A DNA stretch of 54,047 nt from Girardia tigrina (taxonomy: Eukaryota), in assembly GCA_001938485.1 (NCBI GenBank), contig MQRK01176777.1:6165-60211 (forward strand). The letters run 5' to 3'. Below the pieces are notes generated by a model. The model made no database searches. It saw nothing but the letters and a program-made list of their open reading frames with translations, and was not told where the DNA came from. Shown in pieces: positions 1 to 10,075 of this stretch. Both the position numbers and the translations under genes were made by a program. Positions within the stretch are counted from its first letter, which is position 1. Each line of letters opens with the position of its first letter.

Positions 1-150
1 TACCTCGGTGTGCAAAAGCAATTGGTTGAAAGTTTCATCGTTTTCCTCACATAAATTTGCAAACAGTCGTGAATTGAGAGGAGAAGTTTTGATTTTATTA
101 ATTGATCTAATACACACTTATTTTTTTAAGCTATTTTCCATCTACTTCAA

Positions 151-213
151 TCGACCCCCAAGGAACTCTAATCGACCCCTGGGGGTCTATATCGACCCCG
201 TTGGAGACCCTTG
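151..213. mobile_element. Terminus of a hAT-type DNA transposon
   Basis: Ends in TTGGAGACCCTTG (reverse complement CAAGGGTCTCCAA, resembling hAT CAGGGGTCTCCAA ends), followed by CTCTAGCA (hAT-like nTCTAGnn target). Three subterminal TCGACCCC repeats at about 151, 172 and 192. Confidence 0.55.
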
Positions 214-325
214 CTCTAGCATGTCCAGAAAATCATGAGTTACTTTATCTCTCTGTACTGTAGCAGTGAGTTGCTGTTCAATAAGTCGTCACCGTACATT
301 GCCTTTTAGTTTGTCACCCGGGGAA

Positions 326-503
326 GCTTATTTCTGACATTTCAAAGTAGCTTCTTCATCCTTGGCGCTGTTGAGTTGATCTGTTATTTTTTGGCATTGC
401 ACATGATCAACAGCCTTGTTACAAAATAAACAGAATAGAATATGTCCATCTATTTGAAATTTTTCTTTTCCGAACTCTGCTAATCGGTCTTTTACTGATA
501 TCT
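326..503 (-). pseudogene. CGGBP1-like zinc-finger N-terminus of a hAT-derived transposase, decayed
   Basis: Minus strand reads KISVKDRLAEFGKEKFQIDGHILFCLFCNKAVDHVQCQKITDQLNSAKD, matching the CGGBP1 pattern DRV.EF....DG.KLFC..C....H......DHL.S..H. The terminal His ligands are lost and a stop follows. Confidence 0.6.
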
Positions 504-2058
504 TAGTTCACGTCTTAGATATACTAGGTTTAATACACCTGTTTACAAATTATAATGACATTATTAAATTAATTAATTGAATATATATATTAATTTAATT
601 AAAAAACACATCTCATATATAATTTATTTTACATTGATCAAGGGCATTTTTTACTATGGTTATTTTTAAAATTAAAATAAATTAATGCTAAAAAATATAA
701 ATAAAAAATATCTTCCTCATCATGGCCATTTCTACAAGTGGATAAGTACACATTAAGGTCAGTAGTGTGAATCGAGATAAATATAAATAATTTCTTTCTG
801 AACTCATCCACCACCTTCCTCTTCCAAATATTATAACAAATTGCAAAAAAAACATACATCTTCATGTATAAGACTAGCAGAGGTATAAGTTGTACATTTA
901 TAAAATCTGAGATTACGTATTTAATTTATTTTTGATGATCTTAAAGTATATCTAATGTACTAATGATAGTTGATGAGCTCTAAAGTGGCCTTCAGCCGCA
1001 TCACTAACGACAATTTTTTTATAATTTGATATACTGCATTCATATTGACCAGTTTCAAAGGCCAGGTTGATTTTTTGAAGAGTCGACGCCAACCTTCCCA
1101 TTGATTAGTGAAAATTTTTTGAAAGTTTGGTCGCATTTATTCTTACCGTCTCAAAATGCTTAGCGAACAAATAAATTTATATATAAAGTTCACTTTATAT
1201 ATAAAATTTATTGAAATATTTTAAAACAATTTTCAATATTGTAAAAATAATTTCAAAAATTATAAAAATTATTACATTTCAAATGATTTTGAATTAATTT
1301 AAAATATTTTTTAACTTTCTCAAATATTTTCTTAAAAATAAATTTTTAAATTATAAAAATTCATTTTAATATTTATTTTTTATAATTTTAATATTTTTTT
1401 CATATTTTTAATCAACTTTTAACTAAATAATTTTCTTTAATTTCGATTATTTTTCAAAAATTATCTAAAAAATAAATTTTAAAATTGTAAAAAGTGTTTT
1501 TAAATTATTTGATTAATTAAACAATTTTCTGTTGAAATAACTGAAAAAAATACAATTACATATAATTTTTTATCCGATTATTATTATTTATTTTTCTGTT
1601 GATACATTATTTTTTTAACAAGTTTGATATCAATCTACCCCTGTGTATGAAGAAGGTTTTTAGAAAGTTTGAAGATGGAAAAACTAAATGCAACCAAATA
1701 CATAGTGCACAGACAAAGGGGTAACCGAAAAGAGAACGTAGAGCTTTCTCGGCTGTAACATTATTTTTTTCTAAAAGAAGTTGACTTTTACCTGTCTCGG
1801 TGTATAAAGAAAGTTTCTGGAAAGTTTACTTACTTTTGGTATAACCATTTTCAGTTGATGCGCGAACTAGCAATCATCTTTTAATATGATATTTATTTTA
1901 TCACGCAGATAAGGAGAGACTTATCTGAGAAAAAAATGTAAGTTAAAAAGAAACAAAATTAGTTGCGACATATACGACATATATTATAAAATTCTTATTG
2001 ATTGACAGTTTATCACAAAAAATAATATTAAATTAACACTAAGAAAATTTGAATACTT

Positions 2059-2561
2059 TCATTCAAATCCATCAAAATCATCATCCATTTCATAACTTGT
2101 ATCTTCAGATACATGTTCATATATAATATTATCATCAAATTTAAAATCCTGCTTATCACTTGAAGTTAAAATTTTAGAACGATAAAAGCCACCTTGAAAA
2201 CACGACACAGTAACTTCATTCCATGAATCTACAATCCACTGGCATATTTCACCATTCGAAACACGGTTCATAATCCCGCCTTTGGTAAATGAACGTGAAT
2301 CGCCAGACATCCATTGATTCCATCTTTCTCAGAGTTTAGATTTAAACGATCTATTTACTGAAATATCTAGTGATTGAAGAATGCTTCTAAGATCACCGGG
2401 TATCACTGCCATTTTTGAATATTTCAGGATCTTTAATTTTATAGATCTTTAAGTTATATCACGCAAATATGCCTGTGCTTATCTGTCAAAAAGTGCATTT
2501 TTTTTAAAAAAACTCATGTGCGATTTATGCGTGATTGCGACTAATCTACGCGATAATAAGG
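2059..2561 (-). mobile_element. pogo/Tigger-family transposon remnant (DDE_1 C-terminus plus one terminus)
   Basis: Minus-strand AVIPGDLRSILQSLDISVNRSFKSKL, then ORF 2059-2310 SFTKGGIMNRVSNGEICQWIVDSWNEV, typical of pogo DDE_1. A terminus-like ...GCGATAATAAGG followed by TA lies at 2562-2563. Confidence 0.75.
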
Positions 2562-2785
2562 TACATTGCAATAATATACGTGATTTAATAAATTATTTAA
2601 TATTTAATAAATTAGAAATACTTAAAATTTTCGAATCTTTAAAAAACTTTTTAAAATTTAACACCAATAAGTTATAAAATTGCTGTTATCGTTCAATTCT
2701 GAGAATATGTTGATTAAACAAATCTTATTTCTATTTGAAATTTGTTTCATTTAGATCTCTTCCAAAGCAAAATGAATGTAAGAAT

Positions 2786-4510
2786 ATGACTCAATCAGAG
2801 GCCAGTGTATATTTATCCCAAGTTATAAGTTTATTGGAAGCCAATAAACAGTCAACAGATAGTAGTTTATTTTATGAACTGATATTGAGAATCTCTAAGT
2901 CTTATTACGATTATTTCCACAAATTTATCTCTGAAATATGTCATGTGTTAATTAAGAGAAACATTTGTCAATTATTGTGCTATTATTTGAAAAATGTGAC
3001 TATTTCAAATTTTGAAAAAGATAAAATTGTGACCATTATTCAGAATATCTTAATTAATTTTTCCGATCACTCGGACGATTTNGCGAAATCTGTTTTATCG
3101 TCGGAGATCTTGCATTCTCTGATCGATGCCTTCTTCCTTGTTGATTCATCGGGAGACATCAGTGATCCCGAAACTAAGAAATTCCTCTACCGATCAGTTG
3201 TTATCATCAACAATATTGCTCGTAATCTCTGTCATAATATCAATTACAGAGTCCCGGGAATCATAAACGCTTTGGAGAGATATATTAAATTAAATTGTGA
3301 TGATGAATTAGGATTGATTTCTGTTCTGACGTTATCGTATCTGGTGGAAGAGTCACAGATCGGTACACTCGACGAAGGTTTAGGAATTATCAAGAATTTG
3401 ATAAAACATATTCGATATATAAATGATACGAATGAAAGATCAAATGGATTCACTCTAAAGGAATTGGTTCATGGATTGCGGTGCATCTCGTGCAATGACA
3501 ATATGAAGATTAGAATCGATGAAGAAGGAGGAATACCGATACTGATTGATATGATACGAAATAAGGAAGACGATGTTGTTGAATCGGCATTAGGGACGAT
3601 TGAGAATTTATGTTTTAATGAAAAAATTAAACAGAAATTAAAAAACGAATATTCGATTGAAGAAGTAATTAAACCTTTTGCAAATATTCATTGTGAAAAG
3701 ATTAGAAGAAACTGCAATGGTATTTTATGGAAAGTTCAAAATCGAGCTGAATCTTTTCACAAAACAGAGACTGAAAAGAAATGTTCGAACAAGAAATACT
3801 CTTTCGATGTTTTTCTGAGTTACGCTTGGGCGAATAAATCAAACATTCGCCAAATATATCAGAAGCTAAAGTCATATAAATTTCGAGTTTGGATCGATGA
3901 AGAACAAATGAAAGACTGTTCAATTGAATCCATGGCAAACGGAATTGAGAACTCGAGATTATTCATCTTGGCAAGCTCAAGTTCATACAGAAAAAGCGAG
4001 AATTGTCGACACGAGGCCGAATACGCATTTCAAATTAAGAAACCGATAATCCCGATCGTTGTGGAGCTGAAATATAAACCGAGCAGTTGGCTAGGGTTCA
4101 TTATGGGCACCAAGGTTTATTATGAATTCAGTGAACGAAGAGACACTGAAATAGAAATTATTAAATTACGAAAATCAATTCAGTTAAATTTAGAGAATGA
4201 TATATCGGAGGAAAAAGATGAGGTTAAAAGAGAAGCGAATATGAAAACTTATGAATATCATTATTCTGGTGAAAAATTGATTGAAAATTGGAGTACTAAG
4301 GACGTTTCCAAATGGCTTGAAGATTGCCAAATGGGATATTTAAAGACGCATTTAGCCGGTGTTGATGGCCGCTTATTGCAAATTATGATTGATATGAGAT
4401 TAAAATCCGCAGATTATTTCAATAAAAGTTTGAGAAACGAATTTGGAATGAAATTTCTGGATGTGATTAAGTTCCATAAAGCTCTTAATGATTTGAGTTT
4501 GCTCAACTAA
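2786..4510 (+). CDS. ARM-repeat / TIR (TIR_2-type) / C-terminal SAM-like protein, copy A
   Basis: Open frame 2735-4510. First in-frame ATG is 2786; a splice acceptor TTTCATTTAG near 2754 suggests an upstream exon, so the start is uncertain. ARM repeats (EEGGIPILIDMIRN...ESALGTIENLCFNE, NCNGILWKV); TIR from ~3800 (FDVFLSYAW, VWID, SENCRHEAEYA, KPIIPI); SAM-like end (WSTKDVSKWLEDCQM...VDGRLL...FGMK). One ambiguous N at 3082. Confidence 0.9.
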   Translation: MTQSEASVYLSQVISLLEANKQSTDSSLFYELILRISKSYYDYFHKFISEICHVLIKRNICQLLCYYLKNVTISNFEKDKIVTIIQNILINFSDHSDDXAKSVLSSEILHSLIDAFFLVDSSGDISDPETKKFLYRSVVIINNIARNLCHNINYRVPGIINALERYIKLNCDDELGLISVLTLSYLVEESQIGTLDEGLGIIKNLIKHIRYINDTNERSNGFTLKELVHGLRCISCNDNMKIRIDEEGGIPILIDMIRNKEDDVVESALGTIENLCFNEKIKQKLKNEYSIEEVIKPFANIHCEKIRRNCNGILWKVQNRAESFHKTETEKKCSNKKYSFDVFLSYAWANKSNIRQIYQKLKSYKFRVWIDEEQMKDCSIESMANGIENSRLFILASSSSYRKSENCRHEAEYAFQIKKPIIPIVVELKYKPSSWLGFIMGTKVYYEFSERRDTEIEIIKLRKSIQLNLENDISEEKDEVKREANMKTYEYHYSGEKLIENWSTKDVSKWLEDCQMGYLKTHLAGVDGRLLQIMIDMRLKSADYFNKSLRNEFGMKFLDVIKFHKALNDLSLLN

Positions 4511-4997
4511 TAATTTTTATTATGTAAAAAATATATTACCATATTTATTTTTTATACGACTTTTTTGTGTATTGTCGAAATATTTATAAATAACGTCTTA
4601 TTATTATCAGAACTTTAAATTAATTTCGCTATATAATATTCCGATTTAATTTATTCTATTTGGAAAGAGAGAAACGTTCACTAATTATATTTTTTTATTT
4701 TTATATAATATAAAAAATTAATGTGCACTATCAGGATCATTTGCCTTTCAGTTTTTGCTTATTTTTTATATGATAGCTTGTCATAAAAATATTGTCCTAC
4801 AAATTTTTAAGTGAAGATAATAAATAATCTGATATTCTTCAATTTATGTCATATTTTCAGTTTGATTTTCTTTTAATTTTTTTCTTTTGATTAAGAAGCT
4901 TGCTATGTTCATCGCTCATCTGAAGACTATAACCTCATAAATTTCAAATGATGATTTTTCTGTTTAACAAAAAGTTTCAATTTCGATATATATATAT

Positions 4998-6163
4998 TAG
5001 GGCCGTTAACGATTAAAAATTTTTTAATAGTTAACTTTCCATAAATTAACGATTAAATAAAAAGTTTTTCCAATACAGTTTATTAAGAAATTTCTTCTAC
5101 ACTTATTTCAATTGATATACAGAGAAAAGTCCGAAATGGAATAGGTGATTTTTCTTTACAAATTGTCAGACAGCCAGCTACGTAAACAAACAAGCATATT
5201 AACGGTGTTTGGTTCAAGTGATGAATGCATCTTGTTGACAATGTAACCAGCAGAACTAAATAATTGTTCACATGGAACTGAGGTTACTGGTATGCAAAGT
5301 ATAGTTTTTGCCAATAATGCCAATTTCGGATATCGATATTCATTAAGTTTCCACAATTCTAATACGTCAACTGATTCGGCGACTTCTTTCTCCATTTTAT
5401 ATCGCTGTATTTCATTCGAAGGACTTTCTATACACTCACCTGAGTTGGAATCATCCTCTATCAGCTTAAACAGTTTTTCATTCGGTTCGCATGTAGTTTC
5501 ATTAGCAAAATTTGGCCAGCATGAACATTATTCTTAACCCAACCATTACTTGTCCTTTTCTGTTCATTAAGCAACCAAGTTGCTTCTTTAGCATCATCTG
5601 ATAAACACTTCGAATGTTTATACCGTGGATCGAGTAATGTTGCAATCTTTAAAACTGCAATTTTTTTCATATTAAATACACGTTCGTTGAGATCATTAAC
5701 AGCCACTTCCTTGAATCTAGCTATATAATCTGGATCGTCATCAGTCACAATCATATGTTTTGTTAAAGATGATTAAAGCGGCAATACGCGACTACACACT
5801 ACATTTTTATCTCCACCAAGAAGTAGCGTAGCATGATGGAATATATCTAAAACTTTGAAGCATTTTGACATCTTTTCCCAATCAGAATCAGACAATCTTG
5901 GACATTTATAGTTTAAAAATGGACCTACAGTTTGAAAATAGACCATTAATGCATGTCTAGCCCGCCACAAACTCTGCAACATCTCAAAAAGACTATTCCG
6001 TCTTGTTGGAAGATCTTGCTGTAATCTAAATAATGGGGAATCAATACAGTTTTGCAATTCAATTGTGTTAATAGGACTATGCTTAAAATATCCTATTATT
6101 TTGCGACATTTTACGCATAATTCTTCGGTATCTGTAACTTGAAATCTATGCAATATACTCGAC
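4998..6163 (-). mobile_element. hAT transposon (ZBED1-like), frameshifted 3' half with one terminus
   Basis: Terminus TAGGGCCGTTAACG at 4998. ORFs 5156-5395 (hATC dimerisation: LWKLNEYRYPKLALLAKTILCIPVTSVPCEQLFSSAG), 5461-5754 (ATLLDPRYK) and 5773-6153 (LQQDLPTRRNS). Confidence 0.9.
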
Positions 6164-6165
6164 TA

Positions 6166-6535
6166 TTAGGTGTATAACTTAGTTTTGTGGAATTTCTAAG
6201 AGATGGTGTAACCTGTGTAATAAGCATTATTTTACAGTCGTACGTACAGATTTTTAAAGTGCTGAAATCGAGGCATTAAAATTAAGGAGGTCATTGACCT
6301 TAAATGCGTCATAAACATATTTTAATCACGTTTTAGCATGACAACTTTCATACCAACAAAACAGCATTTGCGGGAAGCACTACTGTTTTGCTTTAATCAA
6401 AAGAAAAAAGCTGCAGACAATTTTCGGCTTCTTGAAGAAACTTATGGTCAACATGCACCAACTCAACAGACTTGCGAGAACTGGTATAAACGTTTCAAAA
6501 GTGGAGATTTCGACGTAAGTGACAAAGAGCGTATG
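6166..6535 (+). mobile_element. mariner (Mos1-like) 5' fragment
   Basis: TA + TTAGGTGTATAAC terminus. ORF from 6338 has the mariner N-terminal HTH (HLREALLFCF...LLEETYGQHAPTQQTCENWYKRFKSGDFDVSDKER); homology stops at ~6532. Confidence 0.85.
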
Positions 6536-6555
6536 ACAAAAATATATTTTTTCGT

Positions 6556-6594
6556 GATAATATATTTTGAAGATTTTATCGGCATCTTCAGATC
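6556..6594 (-). ncRNA. Degenerate minimal hammerhead ribozyme of the Penelope 3' region
   Basis: Minus strand GAT-CTGAAGA-T-GCCGAT-AAA-ATCTTC-AAAA-TATAT-TATC. The CUGANGA box is intact; stem II and the GAAA box are mutated. It lies ~70 nt after the GIY-YIG stop, where PLE hammerheads are expected. Confidence 0.45.
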
Positions 6595-6661
6595 CCTGAT
6601 TTTTATCTTTATTATTGCTTATATATATGAAATTGGTGATTATGTAATCTATTGTGTAAAA

Positions 6662-6961
6662 TTAATTGAAAACTTTTAAAATATTGGTGGAGAGTGCAGT
6701 TTGAAAATTAATTTTAGGATCACGAGATTTTATTAACAAAGTTTCACACGACACTCCCTCCCAATAATTTTTAAAATGCTTGCACAGAATTTTGAAATTA
6801 TTTGTACTCAAATCACTCTTACAAGTTTTCCTATGTTCAGCAATATGACTTTTACTTCCTCTATAATAGTGTTCCTGGACTCCTTTGCTGAGATGGCGGA
6901 CAATCTCTCCAATGTATGTAACATAGTACCCATTTCACATATACTTGTAAATCACTTCCGA
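6662..6961 (-). mobile_element. Penelope-like element 3' fragment (GIY-YIG endonuclease), decayed
   Basis: Not in the ORF track. Minus strand reads SEVIYKYM*NGYYVTYIGEIVRHLSKGVQEH...SHIAEHRKTC...NNFKILCK...ETLLIKSRDPKINFQ...FN*, the PLE GIY-YIG signature (VIY..YIG..R...EH, AEH, FKIL, E.L.I...P.IN). Confidence 0.85.
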
Positions 6962-7239
6962 ATTTATTGCAAAACATATTTTTAACTTTAAATGCCAACA
7001 TGATTCTGTAGGGATTGATGAGGTGCGGTTTCGATGCAGCTAAATCCTCGAGTCGATACTACCGGACTTGTTAATGGAGTCCGTGTTTTTGATGCATTCG
7101 TCATCGTAAACATAGCAAAGTTTGGAATCTGAATTGCATTCCGAACAGCAGAGCAGTTAACATTTAAGCATTATAAAGAAAGAATAATTAAGTACGCTTT
7201 TGGTTCATTCTATTTGCATGTTTTCCATTTATAAAATCA

Positions 7240-7620
7240 CAGGCTCTCAGTGAGTTGCTGTTCAGGAGGAGAGTCAGCCTGTTCAAGCAAGTGGTGGATG
7301 AGGAAAGGATGAACGTGTCGGTCACACTCTTTCGCTCGGGGGAAAATAAAGCGGACGTATTGACTCAATTGACGAATTGGTGGTCCATGGCAAAAAGAAT
7401 AGCCACAGCAGCAACAGAGTTGCAGGAGCCGGTTGATGGTCTTAAAAAGTTCAATGAGATAAATCACTTCGGGGTTCGACGAACCCCTTTTTTAGCAATG
7501 AAGATTTTGGAAGCAAGAAGGTCTCGGAACAGCAAATCGAGGCGGTAAAAAAGGATTGCGAGCCATGTGCTTCAATCGACCCGTCGCCAGTGCGTTGGAG
7601 CGAGGGAGTGTTGCGATCCT
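7240..7620 (+). mobile_element. Ty3/gypsy pol fragment (RNase H end and integrase zinc finger)
   Basis: RSGENKADVLT (RNase H C-terminal motif), HFGVRRT, then frameshifted CEPCASIDPSPVRWSEGVL (HHCC integrase N-terminus). GC-richer than its flanks. Confidence 0.75.
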
Positions 7621-8039
7621 ATAAATGAGAAAATAAAGAGTGTATGGAATGTTGTCCTGAATGAAAAGTTAAAAAGAAAAATAAATAAATCAAATAAAAC
7701 AGACGTATAATCCCATTTTAACCTTCCCTTTGTTTGAGTAGGTTGCTCAGGGACGCGAGGCGGTTAATTAATCAATATGATTTCTTAAATATGTTTAAAG
7801 TTACTTACAAGTTCAATGAAAAACATTTAAATTTTTAAATAATTTTAATTTAATAACTCGTGAAATTTCAACGGATTCGTTTGCACCACATGTTGGTGGG
7901 TTTCATTCTTTGGGTAATAATTAAAGCTTTAAAAATAATAATTAGCAATTCCTTTTCACCACATGTTCGTGAATTTCATTTTTAAATAATAATAAATATA
8001 AATTGAAATTTTTAATTAAATAATATTTTTATTTTAATA

Positions 8040-8716
8040 CAGTGTAAGCTGCTTAATAGGACCACATTTGTCCCAAGCCCAACTGGTCCTATTAACCGAC
8101 TGGTCCCATTAATCGAAGTGGTGTTATTTTTTGACAAAGTGCACTTTTCGAGTTTCTACAAGACAGAAGTTGGTGGTGACGATTTCATAAGAGGGTGTGA
8201 GCTTGCTGCAGCTCTCGTCAGCAGCCAGTCTGCAACCCTCCCCATTGCGCTCTAGCAAGATTGATGTCGAGTTAGGCGACACACACACATGCGTACCTGG
8301 GATGGTAAGTGTATGGGGCTACCGCCACTAACACTTAATTTGCTTGCAGGACACTTTTCCTCTTGCTGTGCCCTGTGTGTGTGCTACAAATGTAGCAGGT
8401 GCTCTCTGCAGCTAAAGAGATAAGAACAAATACAGTAAATACAAATTCAGTCAAGACCTGCTTCTTTGTTACGCGTGTATGTGTATGTTGATTGGGGTGG
8501 GTGTATGACCTACGCTAAAAACACGTTTTTCATGACTTTCATATTGTTTGAAGGGTCAAACAGTTTCATGAGTGGTCCCATTAACCGACTTTTACTGGTC
8601 CTATTAAGCGGCTGCTTTAATATTCGAAACATAGGAAATGATTCGGTACCACAAAATTTGGTCCTATTAAGCGGCTGGTCCTATTAACCTGTGGTCCTAT
8701 TAAGCGGCTTTCACTG
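8040..8716. mobile_element. Non-autonomous pogo/Tigger-like MITE
   Basis: TIRs CAGTGTAAGCTGCTTAATAGGACCACA / TGTGGTCCTATTAAGCGGCTTTCACTG. TA on the left (right side reads TG). Multiple subterminal GGTCC(T/C)ATTAA repeats. Confidence 0.85.
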
Positions 8717-9124
8717 TGTATATATTTATATTATATACGAGATAAAATTGGGTATAAATACCCTTCAAAAATTTAAAAAGTTCTAGAAGCACAAACAGAA
8801 ATCTAATACAAGAAAAATAATAAAAATTCAAAATAATTTACAATTTTTATTCGGCTTCAATTGTTGTTTAAAAGGATTCCTGTACAATATTTTGAAGAGT
8901 ATATTTTGTGATTATCAAATATAAATTTCTATGATATTTGTTGTTGATCTCAATTGCAATAAATTTAACAGTATCAATTATTGAGCTGGGTTCGAACTAC
9001 GAACAAGCAACACAGCCTTCGATTAAAGTTGATTAAATTCAGAATTATATATTTTCTTTGAACAGAATTATTCAAACGACAATTCAATTAATTATACCCA
9101 GTATTAAACGTACTAAACCTCCAA

Positions 9125-10075
9125 CAGGAGTACTGGGAGTGAAGAGAACATGGCAGCGTCTGGCGATAGACGTTGCTCATGTCGGACAAAAAAATCCTCA
9201 CAATGGTCGATTGTGGACCAGTGTGGTTTGCAATATGACGCCAAATTGCATCAGAGAGCAAACCGGACATATGTGCCGCCATAAGCAGCGTATGGAACGA
9301 GTTTGGGCCACCAGAAGAAGTTCTGTTGGATAATTATAACACCTTCAGGGGATCGGGGGTTGCGGGACTCCTTGCTGAGGTCGGAATTGAGGCCCTATTT
9401 CGATGAGTAAACCGGTCAAGTGGCAATTTCATTGTGGAAGGCAACCACTGAACGATCAAGAGAATGGTCGCTCGGAGAGGCAGGGACGCCCAAGAAATAG
9501 TTGCTTGGTACAACGCGACCCCAAATGCAAATAGAGTAATTCCGGCGTCGACGGTGTTTGCACAAAAGAGAACATTACCATTGCCAAAAACTTTCAATCA
9601 AGCACAACCGGGATCGCAGCATAATCCATCACCAACAGAGCAGGCGGTTAGTGACGTGGTGTTCATAAAAGTGGCGCCAAAATTCAGTTGCATGTCGCAG
9701 TGGATGCGAGGATCAGTCACGGAGACGTAATAAGTACATCAAGTGGAGGTGGACGGGAGGCCGTATCACGTCATCCACGTGCGGTATGCACCGTCGGGAT
9801 CAGCTCGGTTTCGTTCAGATCACGAAGTGAGGGAAAACGTTGAAATGCAATCGGCGCATCGCGATGGCCTTCGGGTTGATGAATCAGAATCTGTACATGA
9901 ATCTGGACCAACCGGGGAGCCCGGTGAGGAGCGGCCTAGCAGAGTAATTCGCAGACCGGCCCGATTTGAAGACTTCGTGTGTGTGGGCGCAACAGTATGC
10001 GGCGGTGACAAAATTCCCCTTTGTTCAAGTGGAGTATGCTTATGTGCCTTGAGGGTACGGGGGAATGTGATATGA
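9125..10075 (+). mobile_element. Ty3/gypsy integrase core and C-terminus, polypurine tract and start of 3' LTR; frameshifted
   Basis: WQRLAIDVAHVG (D), PEEVLLDN (D), GNFIVEGNH*TIKRMVAR (E), WYNATP, RPSRVIRRPARFEDFV. PPT-like GGGGGAA directly precedes TG at 10066. Confidence 0.8.

Noticed and set aside
3244-3938. Short antisense ORFs conserved in both TIR genes (also 27611-28480)
   Set aside because: Conservation is a by-product of near-identical sense-strand DNA.
3053-4209. Pure assembly collapse of the two TIR genes
   Set aside because: The cores differ at many scattered synonymous and non-synonymous sites, so they are not one collapsed sequence. The N at 3082 still warrants a read-level check.
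2735-4510. Prokaryotic TIR anti-phage system (Thoeris-like)
   Set aside because: Spliceosomal introns, eukaryotic transposons and ARM/SAM partners; no operon structure.
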